Below are positions 12,801 through 24,600 of a stretch of DNA of 64,000 bases, piece by piece (the first letter of the stretch is position 1; each line of letters starts with the position of its first letter). The notes beneath the pieces were generated by a model that was given only the letters and a program-made list of their open reading frames with translations, did not search any database and was not told the DNA's origin. Made by a program: the position numbers and the translations under genes. Source of the stretch: Rebecca billardiae RCC1528 (lineage: Eukaryota > Protista > Haptophyta); the NCBI GenBank assembly GCA_965240325.2, contig OZ251227.1:2604001-2668000 (forward strand), given 5' to 3'.

Positions 12801-15800
12801 CCGCCCGCCGCGGCGAGCGCCGCGCCGCGCCGCCGGTGGTCGTCGCGCCACGCGTCGAAGAGCCGCGCCTGCGCGCCGTGCGTGAAGCCGCGCGCCGCGC
12901 GCCGCGCGAGGCCGCGCTCGCGCGCGCTCGCGGCCCACGCGCCGAAGAGGCGCGCCGACTCGCCGTGCGCGAGCGTGCGCGCGGCGCGCAGCTGGAGGCC
13001 GCGCAGCCGCGCCGCGCCGCGCCAGCCGGCCCACGAGCCGCGCAGCGCGCGCGAGCCCCAGTGCGCGAGCGTCGCGCCCGCCGCCGCGAGCGCGGCGGCG
13101 CGGCGCGCGTGGTCGTCGCGCCACGCGTCGAAGAGGCGCGCCTGCGCGCCGTGCACGAAGGTGCGCGCGGCGGCGCGCTGGAGGCCGCGCGCGCGCGCGC
13201 CCGCCGCCCAGCCGTCGAAGCCGGCGCCGAGCGCGCGCGCCGCCCAGCGCCCGAGCGCCGCGCCGAGCGCCGCGCGCGCGTAGCCGACGAGCGTCGCGCC
13301 CTCCGCCCACGCGCGGAAGAGCCGCGCGCTCTCGCCGTGCAGGAACGTGCGCGCGCCGCGCAGCAGCAGCGCGCGCGACGCCGCCTCCGCGTCCCAGCTG
13401 CGCCACGACGCGCGCAGCGAGCGCTGCGACCAGTGCGCCACCGTCGCGCCCAGCGTCGCGCGCATCGCCTCCCTCGCGCGGTGGTCGTCGCGCCACGCGT
13501 CGAAGAGCCGCGCCTGCGCGCCGTGCGTGAACGCGCGCGCGGCGTGCCGCAGCAGGCCGCGCGCGCGCGCGCCCGCGGCGAGGCCGCGCCAGGCGCGCGC
13601 GAGCGCGGCGACGCCCCAGCGCGAGACGGCGTCGCCGAGCGCGGCTCGCGCGCCGAGCGCCGCCGCGTGCGCGCCCGCCCACGCCGCCCACGCGCGCGCG
13701 GCGCCGGCGTGGCCGAGGCGCGCGAGCGCGCGCGCGCGCAGCCGCGCGGCGCGGCACGTGTCGCGCCACCGCCCCGCGGCGCGGCCGAGCGCGCCGCCGG
13801 CCCAGGTGGCGAGCGCGCCGGTGGCGAGCTCGCGCGCGGCGGCGCGCGCGGCGCACGCGTCGCGCCACCGGCCGAGCGCGCGCGCCGAGCGCCCCGCGCC
13901 CCAGCGCGCCGCGGCGGCGCGCCCGAGCGCGACGCGGCGCGCGCGCGCGCCGGCACGCGCGCGCGCCGCGCGTCCGAGCGCGAACACGGCGCGCGCGGCG
14001 GCGCCGGTCGACCAGCGCGCCGCGGCGCGCGCGGCGAAGGCGCGCGCGCGGCGGCGCGCGGCGGCGAGCAGCTTCCACGAGCGCGCCGCGCGGCCAATCG
14101 GCCGCGCGCGCGCTCCGAGCGCGCGCAGCGAGCGCGCGCGCGCCGCGGCGGCCGCCCAGCCGCCGAGCGCCGCGCGCGCGGCGCGCGCGCGCCACGCGCG
14201 CAGCGCGCCGCCGAGCACGTCGGCGCGCGCGCGCAGCGCGTCGTGCGCGGCGCGCGCGCGCCAGGCGGCGAGCGCGCCGCGCGCGCGCGCGCCGCCGCGC
14301 CGCCAGCCCGCGAGCGCGCGCGCGCCGCGCGCGCGCTCGGTGCACAGCGCGCGCCAGCGGCGCACGGCGGTCGACGCGCCGCCGGAGCGCCAGTGCGCGG
14401 CGGACGCGCGCAGGCCGACGGCGGCGCGCGCGCGCGGCGCCCACCGCGCCCACGCGCGCGCCTCGCCGCGGTGGCGCAGCCGCGCGAGCGCGCGCCCCGC
14501 CGCGCGCGCGCGCGCCGCGAGGCCGGCCCACCACGCCCACGAGCGCGCGCGCGCGCCGCCCGCCCAGTGCACGAGCACGCGCCCGGCGGCGCGCGCGCCG
14601 TCGGCGGCGGCGGCCGCGGCGGCGGCCCACGCGGCCAGCGCGCGCGCGGCGCGCGCGGCGCCGCTGCCCGTCGCAAAGTACGCGGCGCCGATCGCGTCGA
14701 GCGTCGCGGCGGCGCGCCTGCCCGCCCACGCGCGCCACGCGCGCAACGTCGCGCCGCCGCGCCACGCGCGCGCCGCCGCGAGCGCCGCGGCGCGCGCCGC
14801 GCCGTTGCGCTCCCAGCGCGCGAGCGCGTCGCCGAGCGCGCGGCGCGCGCCGCCGAACGCGCCGAGCGCGCGCGCGCGCAGCGCGCGCGCGCGCGCGCCC
14901 GCGGCCCAGCCGTTCAGCCCGGCGCCGAGGGCGCGCAGCGCCCAGCGGCCGAGCGCGAGCCCGAGCGTCGCGCGCATCGCGCGCTTCGCGCGGTGGTCGT
15001 CACGCCACGCGTCGAAGAGCCGGCCGAGCGCGCCGTGCGTGAGGCCGCGCGCGGACGCGCGCAGCAGGCCGCGCGCGCGCGAGCCCGCGGCCCAGCCGCG
15101 CCACGCGGCGCGCAGCGCGCGCGAGGACCAGCGGCCGAGCGACGCCTCGAGCGTGTCGCGCGCGCCGCGCACGGCGGCCGCGCCGTCCGCCCACGCGTGG
15201 AAGAGCCGCGCGGCCTCGCCGTGCGCGAACGCCTGCGCGCCGCGCCGCCGCAGCCGCTCGACGCGCGCGCCGTCGGCCCAGCCGGCGAAGGCGGGGCGCG
15301 CGGCGCGGTGCGCCCAGTGCGCGAGCGGCGCGGCGAGCGCCGCGAGCGCCGCGCCGCGCCGCCGGTGGTCGTCGCGCCACGCGTCGAAGAGCCGCGCCTG
15401 CGCGCTGTGCGTGAAGCTGCGCGCCGCGCGCCGCTGCAGGGCGCGCGCGCGCGCGGCCGCCGCCCAGCCGCCGAGCGCGGCGTGCAGCGCGCGGCGCGAC
15501 CAGCGGCCGAGCGCGCGCGCGAGCGTGTCGAGCGCGTCGGCGCGCGCCGCGCGCGCCTCGGCCCACGCGTCGAGCGCGCGGCCGAGCGCGCCGCGCGCGC
15601 CGCGCCGCGCCGCGGCCAGCGCGAGCGCGCGCACGCGCGCCGCGCGCGCCCACGCGCGCCACGTGCGCGCGAGCGCGCCGCCCGCCCAGCGGCCGAGCGC
15701 GCCGTCGAGCGCGAGCAGCGCGGACGCGGACGCGGACGCGTGCGCGCGCCAGGCGTGCAGCGCGTGCGCGGCCGCGCCGCCGCGGAACACCGCGGCGGAC

Positions 15801-18800
15801 ACGCGCAGCCGCTCGCGCTCGAGCGACAGCCCCGCCCACGAGCGCCACGCGCGCGACACAGCAAACGGCGCGCGCGAGCGCGCGGCCGCGGCCGCGGCGG
15901 CCGCGGCGCCGCGCGCGGCGGCGCGCACGCGGCGCGCGCGCGCGGCGTGGACCCAGCGGTCGAAGGCGCCGCCCTGCGCGGACGCGGCGCCGCGGCGCTG
16001 CGCGAGCCGCCGCGCCGCGCGCCGCCGCCCGCGCCGCGACGCCGCCGCGGCGCGCCACGCGCGCGCGGCCGAGCGCGCGGCGCGCGCGCCGACCCAGCCG
16101 CGCGCCGCGCGCGCGCGCCGCCGCGCCGCCTCCCAGCCGTCGAACGCGGCGGCGGCGGCGTGCAGCGCGCCGCGCGCGGCGGCGGCGGCGCGGACGCGCG
16201 CGGACGCGCGCGCGAGCGCGCGCGCGTGCGCCCACCGCCGCACCGCGCGCCGCGCCGGCCCGCCGAACGCGAGCGCCGCGTCCGCCGCGGCCGCGCTCGC
16301 GCGCAGCGCCGCGCCGCGCCGCGCGCCGCCAAAGCCCCAGCGCGCGAGCGCGCGCGCCTCGCGCACGTAGCGCAGGCGCGCGGCGGCGAGCGCGACGCGC
16401 GCGCGGCGCGCGGCGGCGAGCGTCCACGCGCGCAGCGCGCGCGCCGGCGCGCGCAGCGCGAGCGCGCGCGCCGCGCGCGCGCCGAGCGCGAGCGCGTGCG
16501 CCTTGTCCGCCCACGCGCGCCACGCGGCCGCGGGCGCGGCGGCGCGCCAGTGGCGCAGAGCGCGCGCGCGGCCGAGCGCGGCGGCGGCGGCGGCGGCGCG
16601 CGCGGCGAGCTCGGCGCGCCAGCGCTCGAGCGCGCGGCCGCGCGCGCCGCCGGCCCAGCGCCGCGCGCCCGCGCGGAGCAGCGCGCCCGCGCGCGCCGCC
16701 GCGGCCCACGCACAGAAGGCGGCGGGCGCGGCGCGGCCGCCAAACGCGGCGGCGGCGAGCGCGCGGCCGCGCGCGGCCGCGGCGCCGCGCTCGGCGGCGG
16801 CGCGCCACGCGCGCCAGCCGCGCGCGGCGGCGGGGCGCGCGGCGGCGGCGGCGGCGCGGCGCGCGAGGCGCGCGGCGCGCGCGCGCGCGCGCCAGCCGTC
16901 CAGCGCCGCGCGGCCCGAGGCGTGCGCCCAGCTGCCGAGCGCGGCCGCGGCGCGCGCGCGCGCGGCGGCGCGCGCCGCGCGCGCCGCGGCCCACGCGCGC
17001 AGCGCGCGCGCGGGCGCGGCGTGCGCGAGCGCGCGCGCGGCGCGGCGCAGCGCGGCGCGCTGCGCCGCGGCGGCGGCCCACGCGCGCAGCGCGCCGCCGA
17101 GCGCGCCGCCCGCCCAGCGCAGCAGCGCGCTGCCCAGCGCCGCCGAGCCGAGCGTCGAGTCGTCGGCGGCGCGCGCCCACGCGCGCAGCGCGCCGCCGAG
17201 CGCGGCGCGTGCAAACGCGGCCGCGGCGCGCCGGCCGAGGGCGAGGTCGCGCGCGTTGGCGGCCCAGCCGCGCAGCGCGGCGCCGAGCGCGCGGCACGCC
17301 CACTGCGCGAGCGACGCGCCCATCCGCCCGCCGAACCCCGGCGGCGCCGCGCGCAGCCAGCGCCGCAGCCCGCGCGCGAGCCCGTGAGCCTGCCACATGC
17401 GCATGGCCGCGTGCATCAGCCGCTCGCGCCGCGCCTCCGCCGTCCAGCCGAGCCACGAGCCGAGGAGGGCGCGCGCGCCGAAGCGGCGGAGGGCGAGCCC
17501 GCCCACGCGCCGCGCGTGCGCCGCGCCGATCGCGTCGCGCGCCCACCGGTGCAGCGCGCGCGAGCGCGCGCCGCCGCGCAGGTAGCGCAGCGCGTGCGCG
17601 ACGACGCGCTCGTTATTGGCCTTGGCGAGCGTGTTCTGCGCCCACGTGAGCGCGCACGCAAAGAGGCGGCGCGCGCCGAGCGCGGCGGCGCAGGCGTCGC
17701 GCGTGCGGCGGAGGGCGCGCGCGGCGTGCACGCGCCGCTGCAGCGCGCGCACCGCGCCGCGCAGCCCCACCGGCGCGGGCAGCGCGCGGCCGAAGAGGCG
17801 GCGCGCGGCGGCGAGCTCGGCGGCGGCCGCCGCCCAGCCGTCGAGCGCGCGCGCGCCGCCCGCGCGCAGCCAGCGCGCGCCCGCGCGCGCGCCGAGCGCG
17901 GCGGAGGCGGCGGAGGCGGCGGAGGCGGCGCGCCAGCGCGCGTACCCGCGCGCCTGCGCGCCGCGCACCAGCCGCCGCGCCGCGCGCAGCGCGAGCACGC
18001 GCAGCCGCGCCGCCGCCGCCCAGCCCGCCCACGAGCCGCGCGCCGCGCCCGCCGCCCAGTGCGCGAGCACGAGCGCGCGCGACGCGAGCGCGGCGGTGCG
18101 CGCGAGCCACGCGTCGAGCGCGCGCGCGACGGCGCCGCCGGCGAAGCGGCGCGCGCCGCGCGCGAGCAGCGCGCGCTCCCGCGCGCGCCACGCCCACGCG
18201 CGCACCGCGCGCGCCTGCGCGCGGTGCGCCCACCGGCCGAGCGCGGGCGCGAGCGCGGCGCGCGCGCCGCGCAGCGCGGCCGCGCCGGTCGCCCACGCGC
18301 GGAAGAGGCGCGCGGCCTCGCCGTGCGCGAAGGCCTGCGCGGCGGCGCGCGCGAGCGCGGCGGCGCGGCGCGCGTGCGCCCACGCGCGCAGCGCGCGCAC
18401 CAGCCCGCCGCGCGCGAGGCGCAGCGCCGCCGCGTGCAGCAGCGCGAGCGCGCGCGCGGCCGCGCGCGCGTCGGCGCGCCAGTCGGCGAGCGCGCGGCCG
18501 GCGGCGCCGAGCCGCCAGCGCGCGAGCGCCGCGTCGGCGGCGGCGAGGAGGCGCCAGGTGCGCAGCGCGGCGTGGAGCGCGGGCGCGCGCCAGCGCAGCG
18601 CCGCGCGCGCCGCCGCGCGCGCCGCGCGGTGCGCCGACGCCCAGCGGCGCAGCGGCGCGCGCAGCGCCGCCGGCCCGCTCGCGCGCGCGCCCGCCGCGTC
18701 GCTCAGCGCGAGCGCGCCGAGCGCGCGCGCGCGCCACGCGCCGAGCGCGGGCCCGCGCGCGCCGCGCGCCCAGATGAGCGCGGCGCGCGCGCCGAGCGCG

Positions 18801-21572
18801 AGCGCGCCGCGCGCCTCGGTCGCGCGCGCGCGCCACGTGCGCAGCGCGCGCGCGCGCGCGCCGCCCGCCATCGCGCGCGCCGCGCGCCGCATGAGCCGCG
18901 CCGCGGCCGCCGCGTCGCCGCCGCGCCACTGCCGCCAGCCGCGGCCGAGCGCGCGCCGCGCCCAGCGGCCGAGCGAGCCGCGGCCGAGCGCGCGCGCGGC
19001 GTCGCGCCGGCGGTGGTCGTCGCGCCACGCGTCGAAGAGCCGCGCCTGCGCGCCGTGCACCCAGCCGCGCGCCGCGCGCCGCTGCAGCGCGCGCTCGCGC
19101 GCGGCCGCCGCCCAGCCGCCGAGCGCGGCCGCCTGGCCGCGCCGCGCCCAGCGGCGCGCGGCCGCGCCGAGCGCGGCGCGCGCGGCGCGGACGCGCGCGG
19201 CGCCGTCGGCCCACGCGAGGAAGAGCCGCGCGGACTCGCCGTGCGCGAACGCCTGCGCGCCGCGCCGCCGCAGCGCCGCCTGCCGCGCCGCGCCACGCCA
19301 CGCGCGCAGCGCGGCCGCGGGCGCGGCGGCGCGCCAGTGCGCGAGCGGCGCGCCGAGCGCGCGCAGCGCGGCGGCGCGCCGCGCGTGGTCGTCGCGCCAC
19401 GCGTCGAAGAGGCGGCCGAGCGCGCCGTGCGCCGCGCGGCGCAGCGCGCCGCGCAGCAGGCCGGCCTCGCGCGCGCCGCGCGCCCAGCGCGAGAACGCGC
19501 CCAGCGCCGCCTGCTGCGCCCAGCGCGCCGCGGCGGGGCCGAGTGCGTCGGCCGCGGCCGCGGCGCCGGCCGCGCCGTCCGCCCACGCGTGGAAGAGGCG
19601 CGCGGCCTCGCCGTGCGCGAAGGCCTGCGCGGCGGCGCGCTGCAGCGCGGCGCGGCGGAGGCCCGCGTGCCACCCGCCCCACGCCGCGCGCGTCGCGCGC
19701 CCCGCCCAGTGCGCCACCGGCCGCGCGAGCGCGGCGCGCGCGGCCGCGGCCGCCGCCACGTCGCCGCGCCAGCCGTCGAGCGCGCGGCCGAGCGCGCCGT
19801 GCACGAGCCGGCGCGCGGCGAGGCGCATGAGGCCGCGCTCGGCCGCGGCGGCGGCCCAGCCGTCGAGCGCGGCGGCGAGGGCGCGGCTCGCCCACCGCCG
19901 CGCGGCGGGCGCGAGCGCGGCGCGCGCCGCGTGCGCCTCGGCCACCGCGGCCGCCCACGCGTGGAAGAGCCGCGCGGCCTCGCCGTGCGCAAAGCCCTGC
20001 GCGCCGCGCCGCGTGAGCGCGCGCGCGCGCGCCGCGCCGCGCCAGCCGGCCCACGAGCCGCGCAGCGCGCGCGTGCCCCAGTGCGCGAGCGTGGCGCCGA
20101 GCGCGCGCGCCGCGGCGGCGCGCCGCGCCACGTCGTCGCGCCACGCGTCGAACAGCCGGCCGAGCGCGCCGTGCGCCCACGCGCGCAGCGCCGCGCGGCC
20201 GCGCAGCACCGCCAGCGAAGCCTCGCACCACGTCGCCCACGACACGTACAGGCCGCGGCCGACGAAGCGGAGCGCGGCGCCGAGCGTGCGCGCGCGCACG
20301 AGCGCGTGGGCGTGTAGCGTGCGCAGCGCGCGCGCGCACCCGCCCGCGCGCAGCGCGCCCGCCGCGCGCAGCGTGAGCGCGCGCGCGCGCGCCGCGCCGC
20401 GCCAGCCGGCCCACGAGCCGCGCAGCGCGCGCGAGCCCCAGTGCGCGAGCGGCGCGCCGAGCGCGCGCGCCGCGGCGGCGCGCCGCGCCACGTCGTCGCG
20501 CCACGCGTCGAAGAGGCGGCCGAGCGCGCCGCGCGCCGCGCGGCGCGCCGCGCCGCGCATCAGCCCGAGCTCGCGCGCGCCCTCCGCCCAGCCGCGCAGC
20601 GCGCGCGCGCGCGCGCCGCCCGCCCAGCGCGCGGCCGCGCCCGCGAGCGCGCCGAGCGCGGCGCCGCGCCGCGCGGCGCCGTCGGCCCACGCGAAGAAGA
20701 GGCGCGCGCTCGCGCCGTGCACGAAGTGGAGGAGCGCGTGCCGCCGCCGCGCGAGCGCGTCCACCGCCTCCGCCCAGCCCGCCCACGAGCCGCGCAGCGC
20801 GCGCGCCGCCCAGTGCGCGAGCGGGCGCGAGAGCGCGGCGAGCGCGGCCGCGCGGCGCGCGTGGTCGTCGCGCCACGCGTCGAAGAGGCGGCCGAGCGAG
20901 CCGTGCACGAGGCGGCGCGCGGCGGCGCGCTGCAGGGCGAGCGCGCGCGCGCGCGCGGCCCAGCCGTCGAAGCCCGCCGCCTGCGCGCGCACCGCCCAGC
21001 GCGCCGCCGCCGGGCGCACCGCCGCGCGCGCCGCGCGGCCGTCGGCCGCGGCCGCGCGCCATCCGAAAAAGGCGCGCGCGCTCGCGCCGTGCGACAGGTA
21101 GGCGGCGGTCTGGCGGCGGAGGAGGCGCTCCTCGCTCGCGGCGCGCCAGTCGAGCCACGAGCCGCGCAGCGCGCGCGAGCCCCAGTGCGCGAGCGGCGCG
21201 CCCAGCGCCGCGGCCGCCGCGCGCCGCGCCGCCGCCGCCGCGCGCCACGCGTCGAAGAGGCGGCCGAGGGCCCCGTGGAGAAACCGGCGCGCGCCGGCGC
21301 GCAGCGCGCCGAGCGCGGCCGCGCCCGCCGCCCACGACGCGAAGGCGGCGCGCTCGGCGCGGCGGCCGGCGCGCAGCGCGGCGGCGCGCAGCGCGCGCAG
21401 CTCGGCCGCGCCCGCGCGCCACGTGCGCAGCGCGCGCGCCTCGCGCGGCGCGCGCAGCGCGCGCGCCGCGCGGCCGCGCGCCGCGTCGGGCAGCGCGCGC
21501 GCCGCCCACGCGCGCCACGCAAACGCCGCGCCGCGCCGCGCCCACGCGCGGCCGCCGCGGCGCCGCGCGCGC

Positions 21573-21604
<32 letters not shown>

Positions 21605-24600
21605 CCACGCGTCGTACGCGCCCGCCTCGGCCGCGCGGCGCATGCGGCGCAGCGCGCGGCCGCGCAGCCCGTGCGCGCGCGCCGCGCGCGCCCACGCCGC
21701 CCACGTGCGCCGGCGCGCGCCGTCCGCCCACGCGCCGAGCGCGTGCGCGGCGCGCGGCGCGCGCGCGAGCGCGGCGAACGCGCCGAGCCACGCGCGCAGC
21801 GCGCGCGCGAGCGGCAGGTGGCGCGCGGCGGCGGCGGCGGCGGCGAGCAGCGCGCGCGCGCGCGCGCCCGCCGCCCAGCCGTCGAAGCCCGCCGCCTGCG
21901 CGCGCAGCGCCCAGCGGCGCACCGCGCCGCCGACCGCCGCGAGCGCGGCCGCGCGGCGCGCGTGGTCGTCGCGCCACGCGTCGAAGAGCCGGCCGAGCGC
22001 GCCGTGCACCCAGCCGCGCGCGGCGGCGCGGAGGCGGTCGAGCTCGGCGGACGCGGCGGCCCACGCGCGCAGCGCGCGCGCCTCCGCGCGCGCGGCGCTC
22101 GCCGCCGCGCCCATCGCCGCGCGGCGCGCGGCGAGGCCGCGCGAGCCCGCCGCATCGGCCCAGCGGCGCAGCGCGCGCGCGGCCGCGCCGCCGCGCCACG
22201 CCCGCGCCGCGCCGCCGCGCAGCGCGGCGGCGCGCGCGGCGGCGGCCCACGCGCCGAGCGCGGCGCGCGCGGGGCGCTCGAGCCGGTACGCGCGCGCGCG
22301 CGCCGCCACCGCGCCGCGCCGCGCCGCGCCCGCCGCGCCCTCCGCCCAGCGCCAGAGCGCGCGCGCCTCGGGCGGCGCCGCGGCGCGCCGCCACGCGCGC
22401 GCGGCGCGGCGCACGGCGCCGCCGTCGGCCGCGGCGGCGCGCCAGCCGGCCCACGAGCCGAGCAGCGCGCGGTCGTGCCACGCGCGCCCGCCCGCGCGCA
22501 GCGCGCGGCGCGCGGCGAGCGCCGCGGCGCGCAGCTCGCGCCACGCGTCGTACGCGCGCGCCACCGCGCCGCCGCGCAGCCGGCGCGCCGCGCGCCGCCG
22601 CAGCCGCTCGACCCGCGCCGCGCCGCGCCAGCCGGCCCACGAGCCGCGCAGCGCGCGCGAGCCCCAGTGCGCGAGCGGCGCGCCGAGCGCGCGCGCGGCG
22701 TCGGCGCGGCGCGCGGCGTCGGCGCGCCACGCGTCGAACAGCCGGCCGAGCGCGCCGTGCGCCAGCCGGCGCGCGGCGAGCGCCAGCAGCCCGCGCTCGG
22801 CCGATGCGGCCGCCCAGCCGCGCAGCGCGGCCGCCTGCGCGCGCATCGCCCACGCGGTCGCGACCGGCGCGACCGCGCCGAGCGCGGCGCGCGCGGCGCG
22901 CGCGTTGTGCGCCCACGCGTGGTAGAGCCGCGCGACGCCGCCGAAGCGCAGCGCCTGCGCCGCGCGGTGCACCAGCCCGCGCTCGCGCGCGCGGTGCGCC
23001 CAGCCGTCGAAGGCGGCGTGCAGCGCGCGCGACGCCCAGCGGCGCGCGGCGGGCGCGAGCGCGCGGCGCGCGGCGCGCGCGGCGCGCGCGGCGCCGCGCC
23101 ACGCGTGGAAGAGGCGCGCGGCGTCGCCGTGCGCGAAGCGCTGCGCGGCGCCGAGCAGCCGGCCGCGCTCGAGCACCGCCTCGCCCCACGCGCGCCACGA
23201 GCCGCGCAGCGCCGAGCTCGCCCAGCCGCGGCGCGCGCCCCACAGCTGACCGAGCGCGTGCGCGCGCACAGCTACGTACAGCCGCCATTCGTCGAGCGCG
23301 CGCGCGCGCGCGCCGCCGGCCCAGCGGTAGGCGGCGGCGCCGGCGAGCGCGGCGGCGTCGGCGGCGTGCGCCCACGCGCGCCACGAGCGGTGCAGCGCCG
23401 CGCGCGCCCAGCGCAGCGCCGCCGCGCGCAGCGCCGCGCCGCGGATCGCCGACTCGTCGAGCGCGCGCAGCGCGGCCAGCTCGCCCTGTCTCGCCCAGCG
23501 GCCGAGCGCGATCCGCGCGCGCTCGGCGCGCGCGACCTCGGCGGCCCACGCGCGGAGGGCGAAGCGCTGCGCCGCGCCCTCCGCGCCCTCGTACAGCCGC
23601 GCCACCGCGCGCCGCGCCGCCGCGTGCGCGCGCAGCGCGCCCAGCGCGCCCTCGCAGCCGCGCGCGCGCGCGAGCCGCGCCGCGGCGCGCTCGGCGCGCG
23701 AGTGGCGGCGCAGCGCGCCAAACGCGCCTCCGGGCTCGCCGAGCGCGCCGAGGCGCTCGGCGGCGCGGTCGAGCGCGCGGCCGGAGCGCGCGCGCGCGCG
23801 CCAGCGCGCGAGCGCGCCGCGCCGCGCCGCGCGCAGCGGCCGCGCGAGCGCGCGCGCCGCGCCGCGCCGCGCGGCCGCGGCGGCGCGCGCGCGCGCAAAC
23901 GCGCGCGACGCGCGCGTCGCGGCGAGCGCGCCGGCGGCGGCGCGCGCGGCGAGCCGCGCGCGCGACGCGGCGCGCCAGCCCTTCCACGAGGCGTGGAGCG
24001 CGGGCACGCGCAGCGCGCGCGCGAAGCGCGCCGCGCACGCGCGCAGCAGCACCCACCGCCGCGCCGAGCGCCGCCACGCGCGCTGCGCGCGCCGCACGGC
24101 GCCGCGGCCGCCGAGGCCGGCGCACGCGCGCAGCCGCGCGCGCCGCGCGGCGCGCGCGCCGCGCGCCGCGCGCCAGCGGCGCAGCGCGGCGCGCGCGAGC
24201 GCGCGGAGCCGCCGCGCGATGAGCGCGCGGCAGAAGTGCACCGCGCGCCGCCACACGCGCAGCCGCCGCACCGCGCGCGCCGCCGCCGCGCGCGCGCCCG
24301 CGAGCGCGCACGCGTCGAGCAGCGCGCGCCGCAGCGCGGCGGCGCGGCCGCGCGCCGCGAGCTGCGCGAGCGCGGCGCCGAGCGCGCGCCGCCGCGCGGC
24401 GCGGCCGCGGCGCGAGGCGCGGCGCCAGCGGAAGAGGGCGGCGTCGAGCGCGGCGGCGGCGCCGAACCGGCTCGCGCGCAGCATCCGGCGCAGCGCCGCG
24501 TTCGCCCGCCCCCACGCCAGCCACGCGCGCGAGAGCGCGCGCAGCGGCGTCGCGTCGCGCGCGCGCCCGAGCGCGGTGCGAACCGGCCGCAGCGCGGCCG

